A DNA stretch of 64,000 bases from Hydrolagus colliei (Eukaryota): assembly GCA_035084275.1 (NCBI GenBank), contig CM068745.1, forward strand, positions 61,194,001 to 61,258,000, read 5' to 3'. Below are positions 26,246 through 36,989 of this stretch, piece after piece (positions within the stretch are counted from its first letter, which is position 1; each line of letters begins with the position of its first letter). Both the position numbers and the translations under genes were made by a program. The notes beneath the pieces are model-generated. The model saw only the letters and a list, made by a program, of their open reading frames with translations. It ran no database searches and was not told the origin of the DNA.

Positions 26246-27201
26246 CAGGTAGACCCCGCTTACCGAACGCCCGGTTAACAAAACTTCACCCTAACGAAGG
26301 TTTCTATTTGTACCACTTCTCCGCTTAACAAAGGATATTTTCGCTATAACGAATGTTTATACACACTTTAAATCTCGCAGGCTTCTCGTGCGCAGCTTTT
26401 CATGCACAGCTTCTCTCTGGTTGCCCCAGCAACGCACACTCAATCTTTGCGTGCCTCATTTAGGCAGTGCAGTGCAGCCCCTCCCATATGGGAGGAGCTT
26501 AAGCGGCAGGATGCTTCATGGCTTCAATAATAGTAAGTCAAGATATGGGGGCGAGGTGGGGGGATAGAGAGATGGGAGGGATAGAGAGAGGAGGGGGGAT
26601 AGAGAGAGGAGGGGGGATAGAGAGATAGGGGGGGATAGAGAGATAGGGGGGGATAGAGGGGAGGGGGAATAGAGAGGAGGGAGGATAGAGAGATAGAGAG
26701 GAGGGGGTGATAGAGAGGGAGGGGAGCAGGGAATAGAGAGGGAGGGGAGGGGAGCAGGGAATAGAGAGGGAGGGGAGGGGGGCATAGAGAGATAGAGATG
26801 GAGGGGGGAGATAGAGAGATGGGTAGAGAGAAAGAGAGGAGGGGGAGGAAGAAAGAAGCGCATCACGTATCCTGAAATGCCTGGGTCCAGTTTGCGATAT
26901 TTCAGTGTGGTGACTGTGCAGACCTGGCCTGGAGCAGGTAGGATTAGCGTTTTTATTCGTACAATTTTTGTCACATTTCGGATTCCGGAACTCTGGATTT
27001 TTGGCTGCTCAACCTGTACACCGAAAATGTTAGCGCTAGGAACCGCTAGGAACTAAACTGATGTTAGCGGGGAGGCTCGGATCGGGGGTGGTGTTTTGAT
27101 TGCGGCCAAATACAGTAATACAGTTAACCTCTCGCTTAACGAAATGTTTGCTTAGCAAAGGGTTTTATACCCTAACCCCTTCATTAAGCGGGGTCTACCT
27201 G
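26246..27201. mobile_element. pogo/Tigger-type MITE (inner layer)
   Basis: Perfect 17-bp TIR CAGGTAGACCCCGCTTA, TA on both sides. Confidence 0.88.
26547..26858 (+). repeat. Purine-rich minisatellite (GGGGGATAGAGAGA-like units)
   Basis: About 310 bp with almost no C on the + strand and repeated G4-G6 runs. Confidence 0.92.
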
Positions 27202-28169
27202 TATTTATATATCCTTTATTGGTAAGTATCCATACAATATTCTGTTATTATTTAGTCTATTATTAATATGGTATGTTTTAAAATAAGTTAATTTTTTGTG
27301 TAGGATTTTCGGCAACTTGCCGCTCGAATATGGCTTATTTGATTAACCGGCACCGGTCAGGTCCCGAGGGTGCCAGATAAAAAAGCTTTTACTGTATTTA
27401 TATAGGGATCAAATTTTCAGGAATCATAAGACTTCTAAATTATTAACTCCTGCACATATCTAGATGTATATTGTATACGCCAGCCAGATGACAATCTCCT
27501 AACAGTCACTGCGAGTCTCCTTTTTGTCTCCTTTTTGTCGCAAATGACAGAAATTAGATCATCTCCCAAGCAGGTTGGTTCAGTCATTATGAAACACATC
27601 CCAGTAGGTGCAGGATTCGTTCTTTTTTAATCCTTTTATGAATCTCTCAATTTGCTGTTTGAAAATTTGTACCTTTTCCATAACAGCAATTTATGAAATG
27701 TCCTAATCAAGAAATGATTCTAATTTGCAATATTATATTGTAAAACTATTGATTCCTCTTTTCATATCGCCAATTCCCCCTAGGTCATGAAAATCTATTG
27801 CTAGTAAAGTTGTATTTTTAATGTATTTAGACCATAGGCATCTGTGAAACGCTTGCTGAACTGCACCATTTATATGATAGATTCATAGTTTTACAGTAAC
27901 TAATGATGCTTACATTATGAAGCTTACCAATGTCAACAGTTTGATGATGCTTACACGCTTTGCTTGGTCAATTGGTTAATTTCCCAATAATACTTTCTTT
28001 CTAATCCACACAGGCATATCTTGTAACCAAATATCGAAAACATTACCGTAGGTCCCCTGCATGCTAACTGCAAGTAACTCAGGGCTCACACTAAGTCTAA
28101 TGTGAAGTGGGGTACTGGAAATGCGGTAATTTTACGACAACCAGCATAAAGCTTAGAAAAAATGTGCGC

Positions 28170-28250
28170 TAACCACGTGCGCAACCACGTGCTCGTGATC
28201 AGCTGTGTGGGGACGTGACGTGGGGAACACAGCTCAGCAGCCAACACGAT
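28170..28250. promoter_or_regulatory. CpG-retaining E-box cluster in intron 1 (candidate enhancer)
   Basis: CACGTG 28174-28179 and 28186-28191 in a repeated AACCACGTGC, CAGCTG 28200-28205, TGACGT, 8-bp inverted repeat AGCTGTGT/ACACAGCT. Confidence 0.3.
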
Positions 28251-29051
28251 AATAACGAGTGTTATTCAAGTGTGATAATAGCTTGTAGCAGTTGAAGACA
28301 CTCATTATTATCCTGTTGGCTGCACCAGTCTGGTACAACTGCTACAAGCAAGAATAATAACACAATCTAAGAAGAAAAAAAGCAGTTCAAGAAACATTGG
28401 ACAGATTTTTTTTAAACGGCCATCCACCCCTTCATCTGAATGACTCCGTCCCCACCACTCACCGTTGCCCATTACCGCATCAACCATCTCCAATACGTTT
28501 TCTTGTTGTATTAATATTGAATTGATATATTGGTACTTGTTAAACATTTATTTCAATTCTCAATAGTAGTAATGTTGTTTTTGCTCTTTATTCAATATTT
28601 GTGTAAGAATATTTAGACAAGAAATGTACCACAGGAACGTAACCCCTACCTGTATCATTATGACTATGGTAATCTGAGTTTCATTATCAGTCGTTTCAAT
28701 TAAAATTGCATCTTTCAAGAACACATCCAATTGAGGAGTTGGTGTACCAGTCTTTCCAGAGTGTCTTCCCGTTCAATCATATTATTATTGGGAAGGGGAT
28801 TCCATGAGATAAATGTCTAAATGTTGAAAAGTTTCATAACTATGTTGAGGTTGGGGGTCAGTTCCTCTCGTACGCGCAGCTTCTCTTTTGTAATAGATTA
28901 CAAATGGCTGTTTCTTAACAGATACAATGTGATACTTACTAAGCATCACAATTTTCACACCATGCTTCTTATTTGAGGTATAGTGTAAATTTGTTTATCA
29001 CAGCTTTCTTCACATCACAGTTATTTTCTGGTTAAACAGTTTCCTTCACAG

Positions 29052-29375
29052 ATGCTGATGATAGAGAAACTGTTAAACCTTTAGTCGGAGAAACAATAAT
29101 TCTTCACTGTAGCAACACCTCAGAGATGAACATAACTCAAGTGACCTGGACTAAAGAAACCAACTTTACAAGTGAATCTATTATTTCATATCAATCGTTA
29201 TTGAACAAGTTATACATAGGGAATACGAGCCAGAGGATTGTGCTCTTACAAAGTTCTCAGGGACTCTGCAATCTACAGATACAGAATGTGCAGCTTTCTG
29301 ATTCAGGAACGTACAGCTGCACAGTGACAACACGACAGGTCCATCTCACGACCCAGTATCTTGTTGAGGTACAAG
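29052..29375 (+). CDS. Ig V-set domain exon of a CD200R/TIGIT-like receptor
   Basis: Acceptor TTCCTTCACAG|AT (in-frame alternative at 29040), donor CAAG|GTAATT, phase 1-1, 324 nt; GETIILHC..ITQVTW..LQIQNVQLSDSGTYSC (B-Cys, C-Trp, DxGxYxC). Confidence 0.93.
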
Positions 29376-30600
29376 GTAATTGCTTTTTGGTTTTTTACAT
29401 CTTAATCTGTTTTACTAAAAACAGAAAGACGCACTTTATTAATCAGTTTCCATTGTTTATTGTGCAATCTACAAAGGGTAAGAGTTTTCATGAGATTATT
29501 CTCTGATCAGTGTTACAGTTACAGACCTTGGCAATTCCTATTCCTTCCTTATTTTTGTTGTGTTTTGTTCCAATCAGCATTGCCATACACGTATCTGCAT
29601 TAAAACCATCTGCCAATCTTTTGTTTTTTGTGTAATTGATCCCGATTTTCTATGATGCTATGAACCTGACATTTACAATACTATTGTTTTTGAAATTGGC
29701 CTATTTACAGTGCATGGCATTTTTACAAGTTTACAAGTTGAAACAGAAATGGTAGTTGATTCCTAACACCTTCTGTCCTAATGCAACAAATTCTCCCGTT
29801 TATACAGTATTTTTCCCTCGACCTATGCCATTAGTTTCACAGGTACCAGCAGAAAACATCTCAAATAAGATCAAAATCTTCCTTGCAATTTTTTTTAACT
29901 ATGGGATAACATTCCAAATATTCTCCCAACATAAATGTTACAGAATGCGCAAATAATGCCTTGCATTGTAGATATATAGCACCAAATAACAGTTTATATT
30001 AATACCATAGAACATATGCTTCCAAAGACTAGTAAATGTACCAAAACATGATGAATAAACTTCTCCAATGCTAAAGAGTCTTTGTTAAGAACAATCCCTC
30101 CAACAATAAGTTCAGAATTCCTGTCTGTTGACACTTCCACTTTACATTTAAAAATAATTCCTATAGACTGATAATCAGAAATCCTACCAATTAACCAGCA
30201 GAATCCTACTGGGAGAGAGAAGGGGAATAAAGCAAGGTCTCCTTGGAACTGGAATAAAGTAACTTTTGTTTATTAGGATATGTAATCCATAATTTCCAGG
30301 CTCAGATATCACTGCTTTCTTTAATTTCGGGCCAATAATTCCAATGCTCTGCTCTTCAAGTATAGCTCTCGTGTGCTTACAGAGTTCGTAAACCTCACCT
30401 GTTTCTTTTGGTGTTTTACCAAAGATCTTCACATGCATCCTGGGTGACCTAATTTCTTTCCAGGCATTCACTAATTTCTAGTAACATGGTCAATTATAAT
30501 AGCACTCGTGTTGATTATTACCATTACTACTAATTATTGTACCATAAAACTCATTTTTTACCTGGATATCTGCTGTAAACTGATTGTTTCTGTCTTCCAG

Positions 30601-30691
30601 ATCCATGGACATATCTATACGTGGCATACATTGTTTCACCCATAGTGATTATACTAATCATTGTAATCATAGTTATCATTGTTTGGAAAAT
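30601..30691 (+). CDS. Transmembrane exon
   Basis: TTTCTGTCTTCCAG|AT ... AAAAT|GTGAGT, phase 1-2; DPWTYLYVAYIVSPIVIILIIVIIVIIVWK. Confidence 0.9.
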
Positions 30692-31604
30692 GTGAGTATA
30701 TTGCTAATCACTGGTTGACGTTATAATGGTAAAATATATAAGCAGCACGTTACAAAGGGGTGCTGTAGTGTTGTGTACACCTATAGTGTTGCCAGGTGTC
30801 AGCACTTTCAAGGTTGCCAAGATCATCGCTGATTGTACTGAACCCTGTGTGTCCTGTATGGCTGACTTCAGGAGGTCCAAACAGGAGGCATCATGCACAG
30901 CATCGCAGCCAGGCAGCCATCGGAAACGGACATGTACCCAATCTCAGTATACTGTAGATCCATCGTGTTGCAGAGTTATATCCAAATTAGTGGTGCACTG
31001 GTGCACTACAACAGATGTCAAGACTGTGGTTGTACCTTTCAAATACAGAAACCAAACAGAGACATGTTAAAAGATTTCAAGATGCATTTATGTCTTCCAT
31101 GGATAGAAGTACAAAAAATTTGCATAACTTAGCAATGTCAAATTTATCATTTAACCCCTTTATATAATTGAAGTTTTTAGGTTATCACTAACTCCATCCA
31201 TTTGGAAGGGAAAAAAATAACCGCACAAACTCAAATTTTAAAAAGGCTTACTTTGATTTCATAATATGAGAGGCCTCATTCACAGCCAAAACTAGAAGAC
31301 AAAGGAGAAAACAAAAGGGGATGTGAATAAAAAGAACATAGAATTGAGTCAAACAAGGGAACCATTCATAAGCCTGGAAGGAAATAAAGAAATCGCATCA
31401 AAGGGATAAATCTGGGAAATTTTAGAAACCCAAAGGCAAGAACAACCTTGATCTCACGCTGGCTCATCCAGAGATCCATTCTTCAGATCGTGTCAGGGAA
31501 AATGCAAGTTAAACACTCTCTTCCACGGTGCTCCATAAATGACCCTTAGAAATTGTCTCGAATGATTCTGAGGGTAAAGATTGCCCTCTTTACTGGGCCA
31601 CTTT

Positions 31605-31860
31605 ATAGGAAACATAAGAGTGTAGGAACACGAGTAGGCCATTCAGTCCTGCGAGCCACTTCCACCATTTAATTAGATCATAGCTAATCTGTACCTCAAC
31701 AAATGCTTTCAATTCCAATTTCCCGCTTTCTCCTATATCCCTAAATACCCTGAGCTACCAAAAATCTATCAACCTCATTCTTGAAGGTGTAGATGAATCC
31801 ACAGCCTTTTGAGTAAACAAATTCCAGATTTCTACCACCCTTTTATAAAGCATTTGGATC
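31605..31860 (-). mobile_element. CR1 3' end fragment
   Basis: AACATAAGAGTGTAGGAACACGAGTAGGCCATTCAG.. resembles the tail of the CR1 at 60408. Confidence 0.7.
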
Positions 31861-32933
31861 CACATTATCCTCATCAGTGTTCCCACCTAATGCCACTTGC
31901 TTGGCATGCATGTATGTCTGGTGTAGAGGAGATGAATGTGACAATCCATACCTGGGTTCATAGGGATCTTATGGAAGTTGCAAAATGTAACTGATAGGCT
32001 TGTGTCCATGATGAGTTTGATCTTGCCCAGAATCATGACCTGATAATATTTGTTCTGAGATAGTTAAATAATTTTTTAAACAGTTTACCAATTTTCTCCA
32101 TCTTCTATAAAATAGATCATGGGTATTTGGGTCCAAGTGATGAAGTTTCATTGAGTTAACAAGTGCAGAGTAAGATTTTCAGATGGTTTTCCTCCCAGTC
32201 AGTTACTGATAAGAGCTCTAGTTACTAATAGAAACTCTGGTTACTATTAATTGATAAACTATGTCTCCCACTTCCTATAAAATTGATCCAAATATACTTC
32301 TCCTCCTCCTGCTGTGACTCTAGGTCTGCTGATGTTCTGTCAGCTTGTTTGTCAGATACCAAGGCCTGGGTGATGGAAACTTATTGAGTTTGGGGGTTTG
32401 ATTCCCAGCAAGTTTCCTTACTCCTCATAATACACAATACACCTGATCATAATCACTCACAAGTAAATAAATAAACAATAATAAATAATAAATTAGTCAC
32501 TTCAATCCATGACTGTTTGTAGGACACTGCTGTGCACAATTGGCTGCTGCGTTTCACCCACAAATATACAGTCAATTCACTTTACAGAATATTCTGTGAA
32601 GCATTTTGAGATGCCTAAAATATGTGAAAAGTGCTGTATCAAATGCAAGGAATAATATTTTATGATCACTATTTCAATGTTGACACGATAGAAGTCATGC
32701 TAGGCTCCTGTCAATGTCATCTCTTTTGTGGTTCTTACCTTCTCAACTATCATGGAAAAAATCAATTTCAAGACCTCTCCGAGATCTTGCTCAATCTTCA
32801 CTCCACCAACCGTCGCTACCCCTCAGCTGGCTCAAAAACTTTTCTCGAAATTATTTGCCTATTTTTTGGAATCATCACTTTTTTTCTGCCAGCCAGTGTC
32901 TGACCCGTGAAAACACATCGCCATGCTTTAGAG

Positions 32934-33258
32934 CAGTGGTTCCCAACCTCGGATCCCGACCCAAATCAGGGTTGCAGGGGTCCTCATTTGGGTCGCGGAG
33001 GGTCATCAGAAATTTTTTGTTGTTGCTTTTTTTTTAACAGTGAAAATGCTTCTTTAATGTTTAAAAAAAAGGGCCCAAGACGACACCGCTGACCAATCTG
33101 TATAAAAGACTGTACTTACAAATTGTCCTGAGTCCACAAAAGAGACAGAGATAACGTTTTTGCTGAGCTTCGCTTCAGTCACTATGTTACTCCCTAGGGG
33201 TGGGAGAACCTGTTGGCGGCTAATTTGGGTTGCAGCAAAAAAAGGTTGAGAACCACTG
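32934..33258. mobile_element. hAT (Charlie-type) MITE, copy 1
   Basis: TIR CAGTGGTTCCCAACCT / AGGTTGAGAACCACTG; homologous to 63644-63941; TSD eroded. Confidence 0.85.
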
Positions 33259-33924
33259 TTTTATCCAAACCATTCCATGCATCCCACCTACATGTGGAAA
33301 TCCCATAGATAGATTGTTGGAATGGAATGCACACTCTCCTTGGAGGGATGCATCCTGCTTTCCTAATTCTGAAAGGTATTAGGAAAGTATTATTAGAATG
33401 AACAATGATTTTAAATATTCATTTAAATGTTCATTCTTCATCTATTATTCTAAATCTTTTACTCCTTTTAAACCTCATGGTGATCAGGTAGTGCACAATC
33501 CCCCAAATAACTTTAATACAGTTTATTTGCATTGCTTTGCATTTGCTTGTGCACACATACTCTTGTGCACACCAGTTCCAATGTGAAAATAACATGATTC
33601 CAAAAATAGCAAGTCTTAATTTGTTTGATTTTACGGCATCCACCTGATCATCTGAAATGATTTTTAGGCTTGTTTGACTGATTTGTTACGAGCATATACT
33701 GTGGAGTCAGCAAATGATATGTGTTTTCTCCTTTTTGTTTCAACTAGTTGTCACGGTAAACGTTGGTCAAAAGACATTGTGAAATTGACATGTGATAATA
33801 TCTGTATTGAAAAAATAACCATTGTAATGTAATTACTGAAATTTTGTCAAGTGATAATCTGCAATTTATTAGTAGAGAATGAGTCGCATAACATAACGGT
33901 TTTCCTTTATTTTCAAAAATGTAG

Positions 33925-33961
33925 GAAGCTGAACAAACCTACTAACAGAGAATGTAGACAG
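33925..33961 (+). CDS. Cytoplasmic exon 1
   Basis: TTTCAAAAATGTAG|G ... ACAG|GTAATT, 37 nt, phase 2-0; (M)KLNKPTNRECRQ. Confidence 0.8.
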
Positions 33962-34953
33962 GTAATTATTAGGTTTTATACACAATCAGTAAGCAATGCT
34001 CCTACAGTATAAGCTATACTTTTTATTCAACCCAAGTTACTATTTGTTAGCTATTGTCGCTATTCTTGTGTTTGTTCATTGTACTATTTCAGTTTTAGAT
34101 TCCTTTGCTTTATCATCATGCATCATAATCATTGCGCTAATTGTACCTCAGAGGAGCCAGCTTGTGTTCTTTAGTCATTGTTCAGATAGATTTGTTTAGA
34201 ATAGATGATTAATTGGTAAACTGTCTGAGTAAAGTTGCAGTGGAACCTATAATTCTTCGGTTGTACATGGATCCATTATCATCACCTTTATTGAGATGAA
34301 GCTTCTTAAAATATATATCTTGAGTTTGTAGTAGTGAACTGTACCAATCTATCAGCTCATAAATTGATCCCGGTCCTCCTAAATATCTGCACCAATGCTG
34401 GGGTAGCATTACTCTTTGGTTAAGTTGCAAACCTCTGCTGTACTGTTTCTTATCAATGACATATAAGGCCACAAGTTGCAGAAGGCGGATAAAATCACCT
34501 ATGACTCATGACCCATCGAACAGTCATAATTGTTCTACTGTTCTCCACAAATTGAATTTGTGACTAACTGCAGCTTCAAAGAGAGGGAATACAAAGCAAA
34601 TGATCATTATAGGATTAGGGCTGGATTTTGAAAGATAAATTGCCCTTGTGCTGCTACATGTTCTTGCAACTAGTTACAAAAAGTATCTGGCAGAAGCTTC
34701 ATTTCTCTATTGCAATCGTTGCCCTGTTGCAGATTTTGGAAAAGAATGGATCCAATGCATGGAAGCCAGAGAGATGTTTTGTTGTACGGTCATTCTTTAG
34801 AAGTAGTTGAAATATGTGCCTTTTCATGATGCATCCTAATGATCACATTAAACATGTTATAAACCTCCATGAATTTCACTTCTGTCAGCAAACAGTGCTG
34901 TCTAAAATTACTGTTTCATTTCAGAAACTAACCATTACTTTTGTTTCCTATAG

Positions 34954-35049
34954 GAAGCAAATGCATCTGCTCTGCAACAACAGACCAGGGTTTACGTAGA
35001 AAGAATTAACTCTGTCTACGATGCATTATCCAATTATCACTCTCAATGA
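34954..35049 (+). CDS. Last coding exon with tyrosine motifs
   Basis: TTTTGTTTCCTATAG|GAA, phase 0; EANASALQQQTRVYVERINSVYDALSNYHSQ-TGA. Confidence 0.85.
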   Translation, partial: EANASALQQQTRVYVERINSVYDALSNYHSQ

Positions 35050-35217
35050 GATTTTCTTATGCTATAAAGTCAACATTATTTGCTTTATAATATTTGAAAT
35101 GTTTCCATCTGAAAACAAATTGTAGTTTGTCTCCCAGTGTTATAAATTTGAAGCTTTCATTGCCTTAACAGTTTGGTGCCAGGGAGTATTTGACTGAGTG
35201 AGATCAATCTACTGAGC

Positions 35218-35223
35218 AATAAA
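35218..35223 (+). other. Candidate polyadenylation signal
   Basis: AATAAA about 170 nt after the stop codon, just before an antisense L2 tail. Confidence 0.5.
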
Positions 35224-35228
35224 ATAAG

Positions 35229-35660
35229 ACAACAACAACAAAATTACATTTGTATAGCGTCTTTCACATCGGAAGTATGTCCTAAAGCGCTGGACTGTCA
35301 ATGTTTCAGAGGCGAGCTGGTGTCAGGATCGGGGAGGGTACAGGGAACAGAGGGGAAGGAGGGCGAAGGTGACTGATGGCACTATCGAGGAGGAGGGTCT
35401 TAAGGTAGGACTTGAAGGAGGCGAGGGAAGGAGCGAGGCGGAGGGATTGTGGTATGGGATTCCAAAGATTTGGGGCAGAGTGGCTGAAGGCTTGCCCGCC
35501 AATGGTGGGAGGGATGGATCGGGGAACATGGAGCAAGCCAGAACCCGTTGAGAGGAGGGGGCAAGCAGGTTAGTAGAGGGTTAGGAGATCGCACAGATAG
35601 GGTGGGGTAAGACCATGGAAGACTTTAAAGGTGAGGACCAGGATCTTATATCCAATCCTC
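35229..35660 (-). mobile_element. L2 3' fragment
   Basis: AACAACAACAAAATTACATTTGTATAGCGTCTTTCAC tail; PPTIGGQAFSHSAPNLWN. Confidence 0.85.
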
Positions 35661-36385
35661 TGAATGATAGAGAACAGATTGAGAACATTTTGTACTTGCA
35701 TCAATATCAAGCACTTAGATATGGTTAGATCAGGAATTATACATAACACCAGTGAACATGCAAAGGTCTGGTTGAATAACACCCTGCTGCTAATTAACTC
35801 TTTGACAATGTTTAAAAGATTCAGGGAAAATAGACATCTATACATATATTTATGTAACAAATACAGACATTGGTGGGAACACTCAGCCCGTCAGGCAACA
35901 TCAATGGAGAGAAGAGCAAAACTTCTTGCAAGGTCGGCATTTCTAGAAGAGAAGTGACAGTGAATAAATGTGAATAAAATGCAAAATATAACAACTTCTG
36001 GAAAACTGAAACAAAAACAGAGATCGTTGAGAACACTCAGCAGATCAGGCAGCATCTATAAAGAGATGGATGAATATAGTTGTGTAGACTGCTAAAACTT
36101 TGCTAAGTTGACCATTGTAATGTGTGCAGCTATGCGTTTGGTTATGATGGAAAAATACTGAACATTTGTACCTCTAACTTTGCTGTTGTGAAACATGAGT
36201 TTCAGCATTTTTTATGTGTAATGTGTATGTGTTTTGTAAATTATATTTAACATCCTTGTCCATGTCTGTTGTAATTGTGTGAAATTAAGATCTGTAAACA
36301 GAGGGTCTTTGTATGCAGAAGATAAGGAAATTATATCAGGTGGACTTGTGGTCATAGTTTGAGCAATACTACTTTTCCGACCTAG

Positions 36386-36687
36386 TCCGTTCAACTGGCA
36401 ATGGCTTCCTGCTTGTCCTCCACATCTTCCGCCCCAACATCGGAGGTCACATTTTTAGTCATTATGCCCCGAAACTCTGGCACACTCTCACTCAATCCCT
36501 CCACCTCGCCCCTTTTCTCCCCCTTTTCAAGTCCTGCCTGAAAGCTTTACTTCCTCTCCTGCTTACGGCCACCTCCCTTCAACCCCACTCCCCACCCCTG
36601 GCTCAGAGTCACACAATGCCACCGTTAAGCGTTCTGAGATGCTTCTGGCATGGAAAGTGCTACATAAGTGCAAGTTGTTGTTATTGT
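36386..36687 (+). mobile_element. L2 3' end (GTGCAAGTTGTT-type tail)
   Basis: CATTATGCCCCGAAACTCTGG..GTTCTGAGATGCTTCTGGCATGGAAAGTGCTACATAAGTGCAAGTTGTTG. Confidence 0.8.
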
Positions 36688-36989
36688 GATGACTGGAACA
36701 ATGAAATATCATAAGTATAAATAAAGCCAGTGTAGCTGGTGTTGGTTAGACAATACCCAGGATGACATGCATACAAAAGCGTTTTTATCTCTGTTGTTCA
36801 GATTGGTAACTATGGCTTTCCTGTACCTTTGCGATGCAGATAATAAATATAATCAACCTGAACTCTCAAAGATGCATTCAGAACTCTCATACATGCATTC
36901 ATAAGGTCCAGGCTCATACATCTGTTCATAACATTTGGAACATCTCCCTCCATAAGTTGCCGATCATCCAGAAGTCCTGTCTTTCAGTG

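Larger units (their letters stand above)
26019..27394. mobile_element. pogo/Tigger-type non-autonomous DNA element (outer layer)
   Basis: TA-flanked imperfect TIRs CAGTAAAACCTTGCTTATACGGCA / CAGTAAAAGCTTTTTTATCTGGCA (19 of 24 match). Confidence 0.7.

Noticed and set aside
26516-26974. 152-aa Pro/Ser/Leu-rich ORF
   Set aside because: It is a translation of the minisatellite.
28292-28345. LKTLIIILLAAPVW as the receptor leader
   Set aside because: It starts with TTG directly after a stop, has no ATG, and the donor phase is incompatible with the V exon.
28930-28980. Hydrophobic stretch with donor GAG|GTATAG just before the V exon as a leader
   Set aside because: The hydrophobic frame has no ATG and is phase 0; the phase-1 frame ends in TGA.
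30726-31132. Cys-rich ORFs in intron 3 as an extra exon
   Set aside because: No recognisable domain or phase-2 splice pair; exons 30691 to 33925 join without it.
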